DNA of 64,000 nucleotides from Savitreella phatthalungensis (Eukaryota): NCBI GenBank assembly GCA_051599415.1, contig AP039712.1, positions 62,001 to 126,000 of the forward strand, read 5' to 3'. Shown piece by piece: positions 1 to 13,345 of this stretch (position 1 is its first letter; each line of letters starts with the position of its first letter). The notes under the pieces were generated by a model. It saw only the letters and a program-made list of their open reading frames with translations, ran no database searches and was not told where the DNA came from. The position numbers and the translations under genes were made by a program.

Positions 1-489
1 CTGGACGAGTTGCTCGAATCAGATGATGACCTTCACGACATGTATCTTACAGAAAAAGGCGATGCGCACGATGAGGTCGAGCTGCTTCTGGAGTCGTACC
101 TCAAGCAGACTGATGAAATTGTCCAGACGGTCGAGAACCTGACGGAGAACATTCGAAACACCGAGGACATTGTCAACATTATTCTCGACGCCCATCGCAA
201 CTCTCTCATGCTGTTTGAGATCAGAGTAACGATTGCGACGTTGGCCATCGCGGCAGGCACATCGATTGCTGGTCTCTACGGTATGAACCTGCCAAACTAC
301 CTGGAGGAAGCACGATGGGCGTTCCCGACGGTCACCGCCACAGCCGCTATGCTCACCTTGGTCACCATGGTGTTTTTCAGGAGGAAACTCAGGCTGATGC
401 AGAAGCTCACGCTGACCTCGCCAAGAGAGCGATCGAGACTCGCACAGGGCAAAAAGGGCAACAAGGAGGTTGCATCGATCGAGTCATAG
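1..489 (+). CDS. MRS2: CorA/Mrs2-family mitochondrial Mg2+ channel, C-terminal part (5' end outside window)
   Basis: Open frame from base 1. Contains EVELLLESY and NTEDIVNIILDAHRNSLM, then a TM helix ending in the YGMN signature and a second TM helix. Could be the LPE10/MFM1 paralog. Confidence 0.85.
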   Translation: MDELLESDDDLHDMYLTEKGDAHDEVELLLESYLKQTDEIVQTVENLTENIRNTEDIVNIILDAHRNSLMLFEIRVTIATLAIAAGTSIAGLYGMNLPNYLEEARWAFPTVTATAAMLTLVTMVFFRRKLRLMQKLTLTSPRERSRLAQGKKGNKEVASIES

Positions 490-1884
490 AGGCAGCTCAA
501 GTTCACGATCTGCTCTGGTCTCACTTCTTTGACAAGGTGGGTCAGGACGTGATAAGACAGTCTGCAATTTCCGGCGGAGTTACCATCGCAAACTTTGTCT
601 CACGTACCACGAGTCATCATCAGCTACTCGACAGCGGAGTGCTAAGGTCTTGTACATCATAGGCTTTCGGACAGTTTCTAGACAGGTGTTGGACAACGGC
701 TCAGACGCTAAGCGTGGCGCAGTTGGAGTTGGCTCCCCGATGTACCTTTGAGAACTGCCAAGCCTGCTCATAAAAATCGCAAGCCCTTGCGATACGTAGG
801 CAATCTAGATCTTACGCGTTGCGCCTACATTCCGGTCACTGAAGACGTATCTCTCATCTTGCACGCACGCTGCACCCTCTCAGGCCATGGAAGATGATGG
901 CCTTTCCCGCCCCTCTCTCTTTTCACGCAATACTCTGCATAATCACCCTGCTTCTGGGTGATGCATCGTCGTGTTGTGTCCTGCAGTAGTATATGGATCG
1001 ATACGTTGTGACGCTCATCCGCGATGACCAGTCTGACACGAGTCTGTTTGATTCTATGGAAAATCGGCGTAACAATTTCGAGGCAAGCTGAGCGGGTGAG
1101 GCTTAATTAAGCTATTCCCATTCGACGCCTCCGACGTGCTCTTCCATCGACACAGCCATACCCAGTCAGCTATAACTTCTCTGGAGACAGGCTTCATAAC
1201 CATCACAGATACGTCGACAGCTCCGTTTCAGTTGGTCACTTAGCCGATCTATCGTAGCGTATCAGCCCAGAAGTCTATCAGCTCTCAATTACTCCAATGT
1301 GAGCAGTAAAGACCATTGCAGCAAAGCCCCAGCCCCACAAGCCTGTACTGCTTGAGAATAGAGGCGCTACTGCTATACATTTAGTGCTTCGACCAGGATG
1401 ACGTAGCGATCCTCAGCGCTCGTTTCAATCCATCTGTGGTGGGAGTACTCCCAGGCTCGATCAAGGCGATGTGAGTACTCGAAATCTGTACCGTCATCGA
1501 TCACCACCAGTTTCTGGAGAATTGTATCTTCCGAAAGCCCGAGTCGGTCTAAAGTTAGTCAGTCACCTTACACACCATCACCTCAGAACCGAACCGAATT
1601 GACAGACCCAATTCAACCATATCGATAGCACTACAACCAGTGAAACTCTCAAACAAACAGCCGCCTCCACGAATAGACTCTCTCTTTGTATTCCGTATTC
1701 CTTCCATTCCAGCTAGCACCCAACGGCAAAGTCGAGTTCCAATCGCACTTACCTCTCCAACCATCACCTCTACTACGCAAACACCACCTTGGCAGCGACG
1801 ACACCACGCAACAGCTCTCCTAAAATCCTTTACCTTGCAAGACTCCCAAGTGACAACAAAAAAATAGACCTAGCTCGAACAAAT

Positions 1885-2223
1885 ATGGCTGGTACTGGAT
1901 CGCTGATTGTTGAGGTCATCCTCGACATTATTCTGCCCCCACTGGATAAGTAGCCCCCGTGTGCCGGCTGCGGAAGTCTGCTGGATCTCTATTTGATTCG
2001 AAGTGAAGCGCTTGCGCTCTCTCCCTTTTGCCATCATCTGAGTTTCACCCCGCAGACACAAGCACCGGTCGATCGCATACACACAATCAAGAACTAACAC
2101 ACAGCACGCGTCCTCCTGAGCTCCGGCTGCGGCGGTCTCTTCATCGTCTCTATCCTCTTGACCATCCTCGGTTGGATTCCTGGCTTGATCTTTGCACTCT
2201 ACTGCACCTTCCGCAACCGCTAA
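1885..2223 (+). CDS. PMP3: Pmp3/SNA-family plasma-membrane proteolipid, 58 aa; exons 1885-1945 and 2108-2223, non-canonical intron 1946-2107
   Basis: Manual translation: MAGTGSLIVEVILDIILPPL-G-VLLSSGCGGLFIVSILLTILGWIPGLIFALYCTFRNR*. It has the family motifs (I/L)LPPLGV, GCG and LLTILGWIPGxxxAL. Not in the ORF track. Confidence 0.85.
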
Positions 2224-2797
2224 AGAAATCGCCCACGTCAACCCGAACCTCACAACCACCGACGTAGCTCCCTCTAATAATCAACCACCCCTCAATCAAG
2301 CGTCATCACACCGTCTTGCCTCGTTGCAAGAACTCCTGGATTATGAATGTGGAGTGCCGTTGTCTTGGATCACGTGTGACAGGAGGATTGCGCACTCCCA
2401 GAGAGATCACGTAGATGAGTGTATCCCGTGGTAGAGAAGATCAAATTGGTTAGGGTGGACGCTTGTGAAACCACTGCGTTCTAGATCGATATGCCATGTG
2501 TCTTTGGGAGGGCTGGAGACTTGCAGGTGGAGGATCCGTGGCAAAGTGTAATCTTTGGAGATTCGCCCTGTCAGATACACGCGCGTGGTAGGTAGAAAGA
2601 CGCGGAGGGAGGATGGATGAAGAGAGGATGACTAGATACTACAAAATTGGGAATTTCATCTCAGCTGGCGTTGCCCTTGTAAGGTGCGAGTCATAGAGAC
2701 CGTTTGGATGTGAGCTTGGATGGCCAGAAAGACAAAAAGATTCGAAAGGAATTGGAGAGAAGAGGTTGATGGGGATGGGGAGATAAGTTTTCTTCTT

Positions 2798-3598
2798 CTA
2801 CTGAGGACCTTGCATGTAATGTGTCGGGTAGCCGGACGCGGAGCCGTCGTCGTGAGGAGCCATCATCGGGTGGTACGGTTGAGGTGGACCGGGCTGGTTG
2901 CCTCCAGGGCCGCCACCGACGACACCGTTGCCAGGCGGCGGCGGACCACCGTAGTAGCCACCGTAGTGGTGGGGCGGAGGTGGGTAGCCCGCTTGGGGGT
3001 AGTGCTGTGGCGGAGGAGGCATGCCCGGGTGACCACCGTGGACTGGATGCTGGCCTGGGTGTTGCTGCTGTTGTTGCTGCTGGGGGTGCATGGGCGCGCC
3101 TCCCTTCGGGTGGCCGTGTTGCTGGTGCTGCGGCTGACCGTGCTGCTGCGGGTGAGTGGGCATGTGGCCGGCCCGGGGGTCGTTGTCGTCATCGGCACTG
3201 CCAGCGTCGCCGTCGTCGCCATCGTCCCCGCCGTCCTCGGGAGCGTTCAAGCACTGCTGGATCAGGTTCTTGCCCTCGGCTTTTGTGACGAGCGGCTGGA
3301 GTTTTGGCGTGGTGAAGGTGTAGACGAGTCCTGTCTCTGAGACGACGAGGAGTAGGACCTGTGTGCCGGTCAGGACGCTGAGCTCGTACGCCTTCTTCAT
3401 GATACCTGCCTTGCGCTTGCTGAAGGTGATGTGACGACGACCTTTGTCCTGGATGAACTTGATTTCGATCTTTCTGCGCTCGCGACCTCCAGGGCCCATG
3501 CCATCATCATCGTCATCGTCATCTGCTGCAGACATCTGTGCCCTTGAACGCTTGCTCGTCGGCGGGCCATCATTTGGATCGTCGTGGTAGGAGGACAT
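2798..3598 (-). CDS. MCM1: SRF/Mcm1-type MADS-box transcription factor
   Basis: ERRKIEIKFIQDKGRRHITFSKRKAGIMKKAYELSVLTGTQVLLLVVSETGLVYTFTTPKL MADS domain, followed by acidic and Q/P/H-rich tail. Confidence 0.97.
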   Translation of the reverse strand: MSSYHDDPNDGPPTSKRSRAQMSAADDDDDDDGMGPGGRERRKIEIKFIQDKGRRHITFSKRKAGIMKKAYELSVLTGTQVLLLVVSETGLVYTFTTPKLQPLVTKAEGKNLIQQCLNAPEDGGDDGDDGDAGSADDDNDPRAGHMPTHPQQHGQPQHQQHGHPKGGAPMHPQQQQQQQHPGQHPVHGGHPGMPPPPQHYPQAGYPPPPHHYGGYYGGPPPPGNGVVGGGPGGNQPGPPQPYHPMMAPHDDGSASGYPTHYMQGPQ

Positions 3599-4974
3599 TC
3601 TGAATTGGGCGTGATATGTGTGATACAGAGACGAAATAGGAGATAGGATGAAAAGAGAGGTCTCTTAGGTCAGAGATGACTTGTTGAGCGATGGAGAGAA
3701 CTGGCCAAGAGACTTGACCTGCTACTGCGCGTCTGAGAAAATGCGCTTTAGACCCTGATTTACAACTGTCAAGGAGATCAGAATTCCTTTTGCTGTAAGG
3801 TACTCCTAAAGTCTGTGAGATGATCAGATAGTCTAGAGAGGATTTGTAGAGCGCAGATGATTGATAGCTCAGGTGACGAAGATGACTCTTTCACACTTTG
3901 AGACTTGATGACTTTTGAACTTTGGTCTTAGAGAGGAAAGGGGACCTTCCCGTTCGGGTGAATGGGATGTCTTGTTTGGGGTTGTGGTTGTGTCGCTTGC
4001 CGTCGTGGAAGGATGAGGGAGGAGAGGGAGGAGGGTGGTAGAAGTGTAGGAGTGTAGGTGCTGGTGCTGGTGCAGGTTGCAGTTGCGGTTGCGAATGGGA
4101 GCTCTTCACTTGCCTTTCTCCCTTTCGCTTTCCCTTTTCCTTTTCCTTTTCCTTTCCCCTGTGAGTATACCGCCCATCAGATTGATTGAGTGAGTGAGTA
4201 AGTGAAAATAGGCAAAGGGAATTTATGAGGGGATTCAGCATCAGAGAACTGATTATCATTCAAATTATTGATTCCTGAATTCAAACAATAGGAGGAAATT
4301 ATGAGAATAACACTCGGAGATTTCTAAATAGTGATGAATCCGATAAATGATATTGATTTGATTTTATTTGTTTGAGAGATCTGGGAAATTAGAATTCACT
4401 CAACTTGGAAATTCATCGGAATGCCGATCTGCAGCAGGTGTAAACCTTCCAACTGGGTTGTTTACAGCTGGGCCACAACAAATTGCAAGAAGACTTCCAT
4501 GAAATAAAAGTCGCGTACTCTGCCTCTACAACCATCGATACTTATCATTAACCCTGACGCGTCTACCATTAATTCTGTTCTGGTAACTCAGAAGCACGAG
4601 GCTTAAAGGACGTATAATCGATTAATAGATTAATTGTGGTACAATATGTATCATGAACCTGGATCTGGAATACACCTGTTCCAGCTTTCTGAGAAGCAGC
4701 AAGGCCAGTACATATTTACTTGGCCAAGGTTTCAAAAGTACTCTTGGAGGACACTTCCAACGGAGATTTAGGCTCCATGGCTGGGAGGTATATGATGAAT
4801 AAGTTTCTCCTATTTATACTATAGATCTAAATCTTCCATTATCACTGTCTATTTACCTCCCATAGTGATCTACCCGAACTTCTAACATTTCTTTATGGTC
4901 AATTGCGAGTGATAGCAGCAGCAGTAATAGCCAGTGTCAACGTACGCCACCTCATACACGTGCTCGATCTCCAG

Positions 4975-5026
4975 CACTCACTCACTCACTCACTTACTCA
5001 CTCACTCACTCACTCACTCACTCACT
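4975..5026. repeat. (CACT)n tetranucleotide microsatellite
   Basis: About 13 near-perfect CACT units. Confidence 0.9.
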
Positions 5027-5254
5027 CCACATCCCAATGAATGCACACACTCGATTGCCGCCTCTTGTCTCCTCTCTCACTTTGTCCACCCGATCTCTTC
5101 TTTTCAGTTCGCTTATCTTTATGCAATTAATCAGATCAGATCGGGTCAATCTTCTGTCTTGAATCTCTCCTCTCTCCTCCCTCCTGTCTCCTACCTCTCG
5201 CCTCACTCTCTCATCTCTGTGCCCTTCCACGGTTGTGTGTGTGTGTGTGTGGTT

Positions 5255-7795
<2,541 letters not shown>

Positions 7796-7805
7796 TCAAT
7801 GAAGA

Positions 7806-8675
7806 GAGTCAAGCCTTCACTGGAGTTTATAGGTAGTGGGACAAGTGGGATTTGAACAGGAAGCACACGGGCAAGGGAGAGATGCTTATCCAAGAATCCC
7901 CTGCGCTACGTGGACTGCGTGTACTGGGTGTGCTGCGTTGCTGCGGTGGAATGAGCAGGTGAGCGAGTGACGTTGGTCTTTGTCTACGACAGTTACGGAT
8001 CGATCGACTGACTTGTGAGTAACCTGAATTGTGTGGGTTCTATCTATTCAATTTTTTGAGTGTAACCTGACTAGAAGTTTGGTAGAACTAGAGAGCCAGC
8101 TGCTGTACTTAGACGTTGATATGTGCTGAAGGTAATTTACTTGAGATGGATATCGAGTGATTAGAGTAAGAGTAAGAGTAAGAGTGAGAGTGAGAGTGAG
8201 AGTGAGTGAGTGAGTGAGTGAGTGAGTGAGTGAGAGCGAGTGAGTGAGTGAGAGTGAGTGCGGTCAATTGAGTGCGTCTGATAAGGCCTGCTGAATGCAG
8301 TCGGAATTTGCATTTCATTTCCATATTCACTGCATCAATTTCCAAATCACGGGATTTCATTCTTGAATCCTCAAATTCAAATTCAAACTTCAATATCAAA
8401 CTCAATGCACGAAAACTCAAAATAATCCACAGGATGCACAAAAAAGGAAGAAAAAAGAAAAAAAAAAAATCCAAATCCAAATTGTGAATCAACAAGTAGA
8501 AGCGTCGTCTTACAGAGAGTCAATCATCAACCAGAGTCAATCCATTCACCTATCTCTCTCTATACGCAACCATCACCACGAGTCATCAGTGAACAGGTTG
8601 TTCCTACTGGGTATCGCATTCATTTGAATCGTCTTCTCTCTCCCTCTCTCACTCTCTATCTAGCTTGGCTGACTC
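7806..8675. promoter_or_regulatory. Divergent ARG5,6/HIS1 promoter with five TGACTC/GAGTCA (Gcn4/Cpc1-type) elements
   Basis: GAGTCA at 7806, 8517, 8534 and 8580; TGACTC at 8670. Confidence 0.6.
8163..8260. repeat. Compound microsatellite AGAGTA > AGAGTG > AGTG
   Basis: Directly visible graded repeat array. Confidence 0.9.
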
Positions 8676-8763
8676 TCGCTTGGCTGAACACACACACTCT
8701 CTCTCTTCCTCCAAAGTCTTATTTAGCTCCACTCTCTTGAGACTGCACTGCTAGACCACAGAG

Positions 8764-9708
8764 ATGGATCTCGTCTCGCAAATGTCCGATAGACTGCTCT
8801 TTGCCGTTCCAAAGAAGGGCAGACTGTACGAGAAGTGCCTACAATTCCTTGAGGGTGCAGACATTAAATTCTCCAGATCACACAGACTCGATATCGCCCT
8901 ATCCCTCAATATGCCAGTCGCCCTGATCTTTCTCCCAGCAGCAGACATCCCGAGATTCGTAGGCGAGGGCAACTGCGACCTCGGCATCACAGGGCAGGAC
9001 CAGGTCGCCGAATCACAGTTGCTGGATGACCACATCCGCGTCACAGAGCTGCTCGATCTCGAATTTGGCAAGTGCAAGCTCCAGGTCCAGGTACCTGCTC
9101 ACGGTGAGTTCCAGACGGCAGAGTCGCTCGTGGGTAAACGCGTTGTCACCTCCTTCGACTGCCTGGTCAAGGACTACTTCCGAAAGCTCGAGAGCCAGTC
9201 GACTGGAAAGGACGTCACGCTGGAGAACATGTCGACCGAGGTCAAGTATGTGGGTGGATCTGTCGAGGCTGCTTGTGCACTCGGTGTGGCAGACGGCATT
9301 GTCGACCTGGTCGAGAGTGGCGAGACGATGAAGGCTGCTGGACTTAAGGCGATCGAGACGGTCATGGATACCTCCTGCTGCCTGATCCAGTCCCGTAGCC
9401 CACGTCACCCGGAACTCATCTCCACCATCCTCTCTCGCATTACAGGATACATCTCAGCTCAAAAGTACCTGCTCTGCAACTTCAACGTCCCACGGAGCTG
9501 CTTCGATGCCTGCGTCGCCATCGCCCCGGGCAAGCGCGCACCCACGGTCCAAAACCTCCTCAGTGCAAACGCCACAGACGAGACAGAGCCATGGCATGCA
9601 GTCTCAGTCATGGTCCCCAAAAAGGACGTCGCCAACATCATGGACAAGCTGCAAAAGGCTGGCGCTCACGACATTCTCATCTTCCACATCCAGAACTCAA
9701 GAGCATAG
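8764..9708 (+). CDS. HIS1: ATP phosphoribosyltransferase
   Basis: RLLFAVPKKGRL, FLPAADIPRFVGEGNCDLGITGQD, GSVEAACALGVADGIVDLVESGETM motifs. Confidence 0.98.
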   Translation: MDLVSQMSDRLLFAVPKKGRLYEKCLQFLEGADIKFSRSHRLDIALSLNMPVALIFLPAADIPRFVGEGNCDLGITGQDQVAESQLLDDHIRVTELLDLEFGKCKLQVQVPAHGEFQTAESLVGKRVVTSFDCLVKDYFRKLESQSTGKDVTLENMSTEVKYVGGSVEAACALGVADGIVDLVESGETMKAAGLKAIETVMDTSCCLIQSRSPRHPELISTILSRITGYISAQKYLLCNFNVPRSCFDACVAIAPGKRAPTVQNLLSANATDETEPWHAVSVMVPKKDVANIMDKLQKAGAHDILIFHIQNSRA

Positions 9709-11523
9709 AAGGGTTTATCGTCACCCTTCCTCGCCGCGTATTTTCCTTATTAAACACATGCCTGCGTGCCTCAGATCTGTCCATTGAGAGTGGACGTTGC
9801 TAGGCCTGGAGATTGTAGCAAGGTTCCCTGTACTATAACTAGATGAAGCATTCACTCTATAAGTTGCTGACACTTGTGCATTCGACCGCTAACTGGTCCA
9901 TCCATCCATCCATCCAGCCATTTTACATTTTGAGCTATAATGCAGTACCTTGCCAAAAGTCCTCAGGCAGATGTGAAATCAAATCAATGCATGTGTGAAC
10001 GGATGCCTACCTCGTCCACTAAATTACTTCTATCGAAAGAACGACAGACAAGTCTCCCGTCGCAAGGCACGCATCTTCAAGTCTAAGCCAGCTCACTGAT
10101 GCTGAACTTAACCCTCTGCACAGACTAATAGCCTGTAGATCCACAGGTCTCGCGAACCGGATTCTCGAACGTGTCTCGGGAAAGTTGCTAGGTGTGCTCA
10201 AAGCTCATTGACAGCTCTGAGCTCGCCCCTCAGCTCTCCTGAGCCAGCGACACTCAAGTATTCCTTGACCACTCATCCACCCTTCCCAGAATGATGCTTT
10301 CTCAAAACGGTACTATCAAAGTCTGACGAACAGCAGCGTCCTAATCGATGCTGCTCCCTTCGATGCAGACGACATCATATCACTTTGAGCCTGATCTGGA
10401 AGGAAACCCACAGCAACCCGATAGATACACGATCGATCACACGTAGAATCAGAGTCAACACGAGAGTCGGGAATACATTTTAATGTCCTTTACACAATGC
10501 CTCTGTCTCCCATTGTGCCTTCGTCTCTCCCTGACCTGACTGACTCGCTTCAAGGAGTGACGGACAGAAACGGGTTCAAGTCAGGCGAGGACGTTGTTCA
10601 TCGGCGGCTCAAGGCTGTACGAAGCTCTGATCCTGGCCGAAGGAATCATAGTAGACTGCTCCATCGCATCTGTATACTTTGGAGACTCTACTCTGTGGCA
10701 CATGTGCATCTCGGCTTTTGAGTTTTTCTCGCTTATTCTGGACCAATGGGCTTCTGCTCCACCGCTGAATTGAGTTGGCCAATGGCGTCTTCAGACAACT
10801 TTATCAATGTTTCAAAGTGTTCCAAAGAATGAAGATCATCCTTCGACTGCCTTGTCAGCCTACAGCAGCACAGCTTCTTGACCCTCTCTCTTGCGAGCGA
10901 CGCAGACATGCATCGGTGTGCACTGCTCACAGGTAGCCCGCTGATACGGCCCTTGCCGTTATGTGTCGAAGGTTCGGTCTCCATAGGTCCATGAGGTCGG
11001 TATGTAGATTGCTTGGAAGCTCGTGTGACGTTGCGTGCATCGCTCGAAAATAGTGGCTCAAAGAGGCGTCCTATGAGCTCAGAGCCTTCTCTCCCTGGAC
11101 ACTCCCATACCCAGCCATCTACAGGTGCCCCTACCAATCTCACTCGAACTTTCGCACTCTGTGCTTCAGCCGCTCGCTAATCTAGGGCTCTCCACATCCT
11201 TCGTCGTCGTAGATCAGTATCTCAATCGAGCTCAGTCCTGTTCCTGGATAGATGAATCCGTATCATGTCCAACGTAAACCAATGGGCGTCTGTGCATGGA
11301 TGTCGCGGCGCCCGGTCCCTGGCACGGCCCCTCACATCGTCACCTGAGGTCACAGGCGCAGAAAGATAACAGATGTCTGAACACCCGAGCACACGCGCTC
11401 CGCCGACCTCGAGCCTGCGGGTTACATAAAATGCGCCCGTCCCACCACAGCACAGCACAGCTTATCTGACATCGAGCTATCTCGAGAAGCTTCCATAACG
11501 ACAGATAGCCACTTCAGAGCATC

Positions 11524-11824
11524 ATGGGCGCTGTCGCATCGTGTCTGACGACCATTGTTAATGCCATCGGCTCATTCTTCAGTACGTCTTAGCACTCATT
11601 CAGGTTTCGGACAAGTCGAATACTGACAAATCTTCTCTAGTGGCGATCATCCATGGAATCGGTGCAGTATTGAGTGCTCTTGTCCGCGGCATCGTTGCCA
11701 TCTTTGACGCCATCATCAATGTAAGAGGAGCGCACCTTCCTTGTCAAGACTCGATCACGTGCTGACCAATACCTAGTGCATCTGCTGTGGCAGAGGCGGC
11801 GGGAGAAGAAGTCGAGTCCGGTAG
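11524..11824 (+). CDS. Small hydrophobic Cys-containing protein, copy A, 61 aa; exons 11524-11581, 11641-11720, 11777-11824
   Basis: Canonical introns GTACGT..ACTGAC..TAG and GTAAGA..GCTGAC..TAG give MGAVASCLTTIVNAIGSFFMAIIHGIGAVLSALVRGIVAIFDAIINCICCGRGGGRRSRVR*. Confidence 0.85.
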
Positions 11825-12126
11825 CCCTGAAACCGCGAGCATGAAGCGCTGGTCAACTGTCCACGCATAGGGAACCCCTACGCTGCCATCGATCGACAAC
11901 ATGGCCATAGCATGTTGGCATACTTAATCTATTTTCATGCTTTCATCATGGTCAAGAGGTTCGCGCCGATCGTTCTGCAAATGACTTACACAATCATGCG
12001 TTTTTCAAAGGCCGGCGTCAGCGCTGTTTGCGTTTCTAGACCATCAGCCAATGTGTAGATAAAGATGTCCCATCCTCGAGAGCTGTGTCAATCGTTCTAG
12101 ACTTATTGCAATCTTGGTTCATCGGA

Positions 12127-12425
12127 ATGGGCGCGATTATATCGATTCCAGCTATTATCGTGAACTCGATTGCCTCGATGATTCGTAAGCACTTAATCAC
12201 GCAAGGTATACATGGCTGTGGGCTGACTTGATTCACTAATCGGAATCGTCAACGGTATCACTGCTGTCGCTCTATCCATCTGGAACGACACTCTCTCGTG
12301 TTGCACTTACATCTTCATGGTAAGTTGGAAACCCTGAGCTCGATCCACTAAGTCAAGCTAACGCGGACAACAAGTGCGGCAATACTGACGATGGCTTCAG
12401 GCCAGGGTTGTGTTGCAGATGCTAG
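12127..12425 (+). CDS. Small hydrophobic Cys-containing protein, copy B, about 62 aa (intron 1 has no AG acceptor; may be a pseudogene); exons 12127-12184, about 12240-12319, 12375-12425
   Basis: Same exon sizes as copy A (58 and 80 nt) and same phases. Translation MGAIISIPAIIVNSIASMILGIVNGITAVALSIWNDTLSCCTYIFMCGNTDDGFRPGLCCRC*. Donors GTAAGC and GTAAGT, branch points GCTGAC and GCTAAC. Confidence 0.65.
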
Positions 12426-12662
12426 ACACAATGTGGAATCAACGCGGCAATTCCCAAGTAAGTTGCTCGACCGAACATATCATAAACGAACGTCCTCTGT
12501 CATGAGCAAACTGTGTCGTGCAGCCGTCAATCTTCGTATCTCGTCAAGAATCAACCATTTTGCAAAACACATCCTCGATCATCGTCACCTCAGTGCAAAC
12601 CGACGTCATCGACCCTCGAATACAAATACCTGTCACTTGCTCTTCATCGCAAAGCTATCATC

Positions 12663-13028
12663 ATGGGTTGTGTCATCTCCATTGCACTTTGTGTTTGTGC
12701 GGTTGCCGGTGCCGCCATTGGTAAGTGGGCTCCGCAGCCGTCACGATTGTCGCTGGACTGACACAAGACGTCTAGCCGCTGTCGGAGCACTCATTGCCGG
12801 TATCGTCGCCGGTCTCGTCGCTCTTGGGAAAGCGCTCACCAACGTAAGTCAGCCCCTGAGCATACCACAAGCGCAAACTCCGCATGCATCTTTCAAAGTG
12901 GATAAAGGACTGACTTGTATGTAAAGTGCTTCGGAAACAAGCGAGCGGACCGACAGCAGCGCAAACAGATGAAAGAGAATTGCAATGTACAGAGCAGTAC
13001 AGTCTTATCCGCGTCTGCACAAGGCTAG
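12663..13028 (+). CDS. Small hydrophobic Cys-containing protein, copy C, 75 aa; exons 12663-12720, 12776-12843, 12927-13028
   Basis: Introns GTAAGT..ACTGAC..TAG and GTAAGT..ACTGAC..AAG give MGCVISIALCVCAVAGAAIAAVGALIAGIVAGLVALGKALTNCFGNKRADRQQRKQMKENCNVQSSTVLSASAQG*. Confidence 0.8.
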
Positions 13029-13345
13029 GCATACTCATTCGAAGTCGATACGCAGGACTTAGCTGATCTATGGCATAGTCAGCGGATGTATTCAGGTGGC
13101 GTCCTATGTGCGACTGGATGTGCATCCAACCCGTAAAACCTTTCAAGTTCCGATGTCCTCCAAAACTATTTACACGTGATTGAATCAATGGACCGGGGAA
13201 GATTTGTGGAGTGTGTCCAAGATGCAGAAATAGTACTCAAGTAGCAGTCTGTAAACGACGTCATTTACGAGTGTCAGCTACAGTCACAACACAGTCAGTC
13301 CATCATGATTCAGTTATAGCCCGCTTGCGCAGCGCTTCACGGTCG

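Noticed and set aside
1946..2107. PMP3 intron as a U12 (minor) intron, TPP riboswitch or structured RNA
   Set aside because: No ATATCC donor or TCCTTAAC branch and no TPP aptamer core; only a 6-bp CTGCGG/CCGCAG complement, which is chance level
1870..2434. ORF-track calls 1870-2259(-), 2028-2267(+) and 2192-2434(+)
   Set aside because: Superseded by the spliced PMP3 model in another frame
9800..11450. Short ORFs between HIS1 and the triad (for example 10733-11143)
   Set aside because: No motifs, no consistent splice model and no fourth triad paralog found
12391..12924. 177-aa ORF-track call
   Set aside because: Runs through intergenic and intronic sequence; only the hydrophobic part is exon 2 of triad copy C
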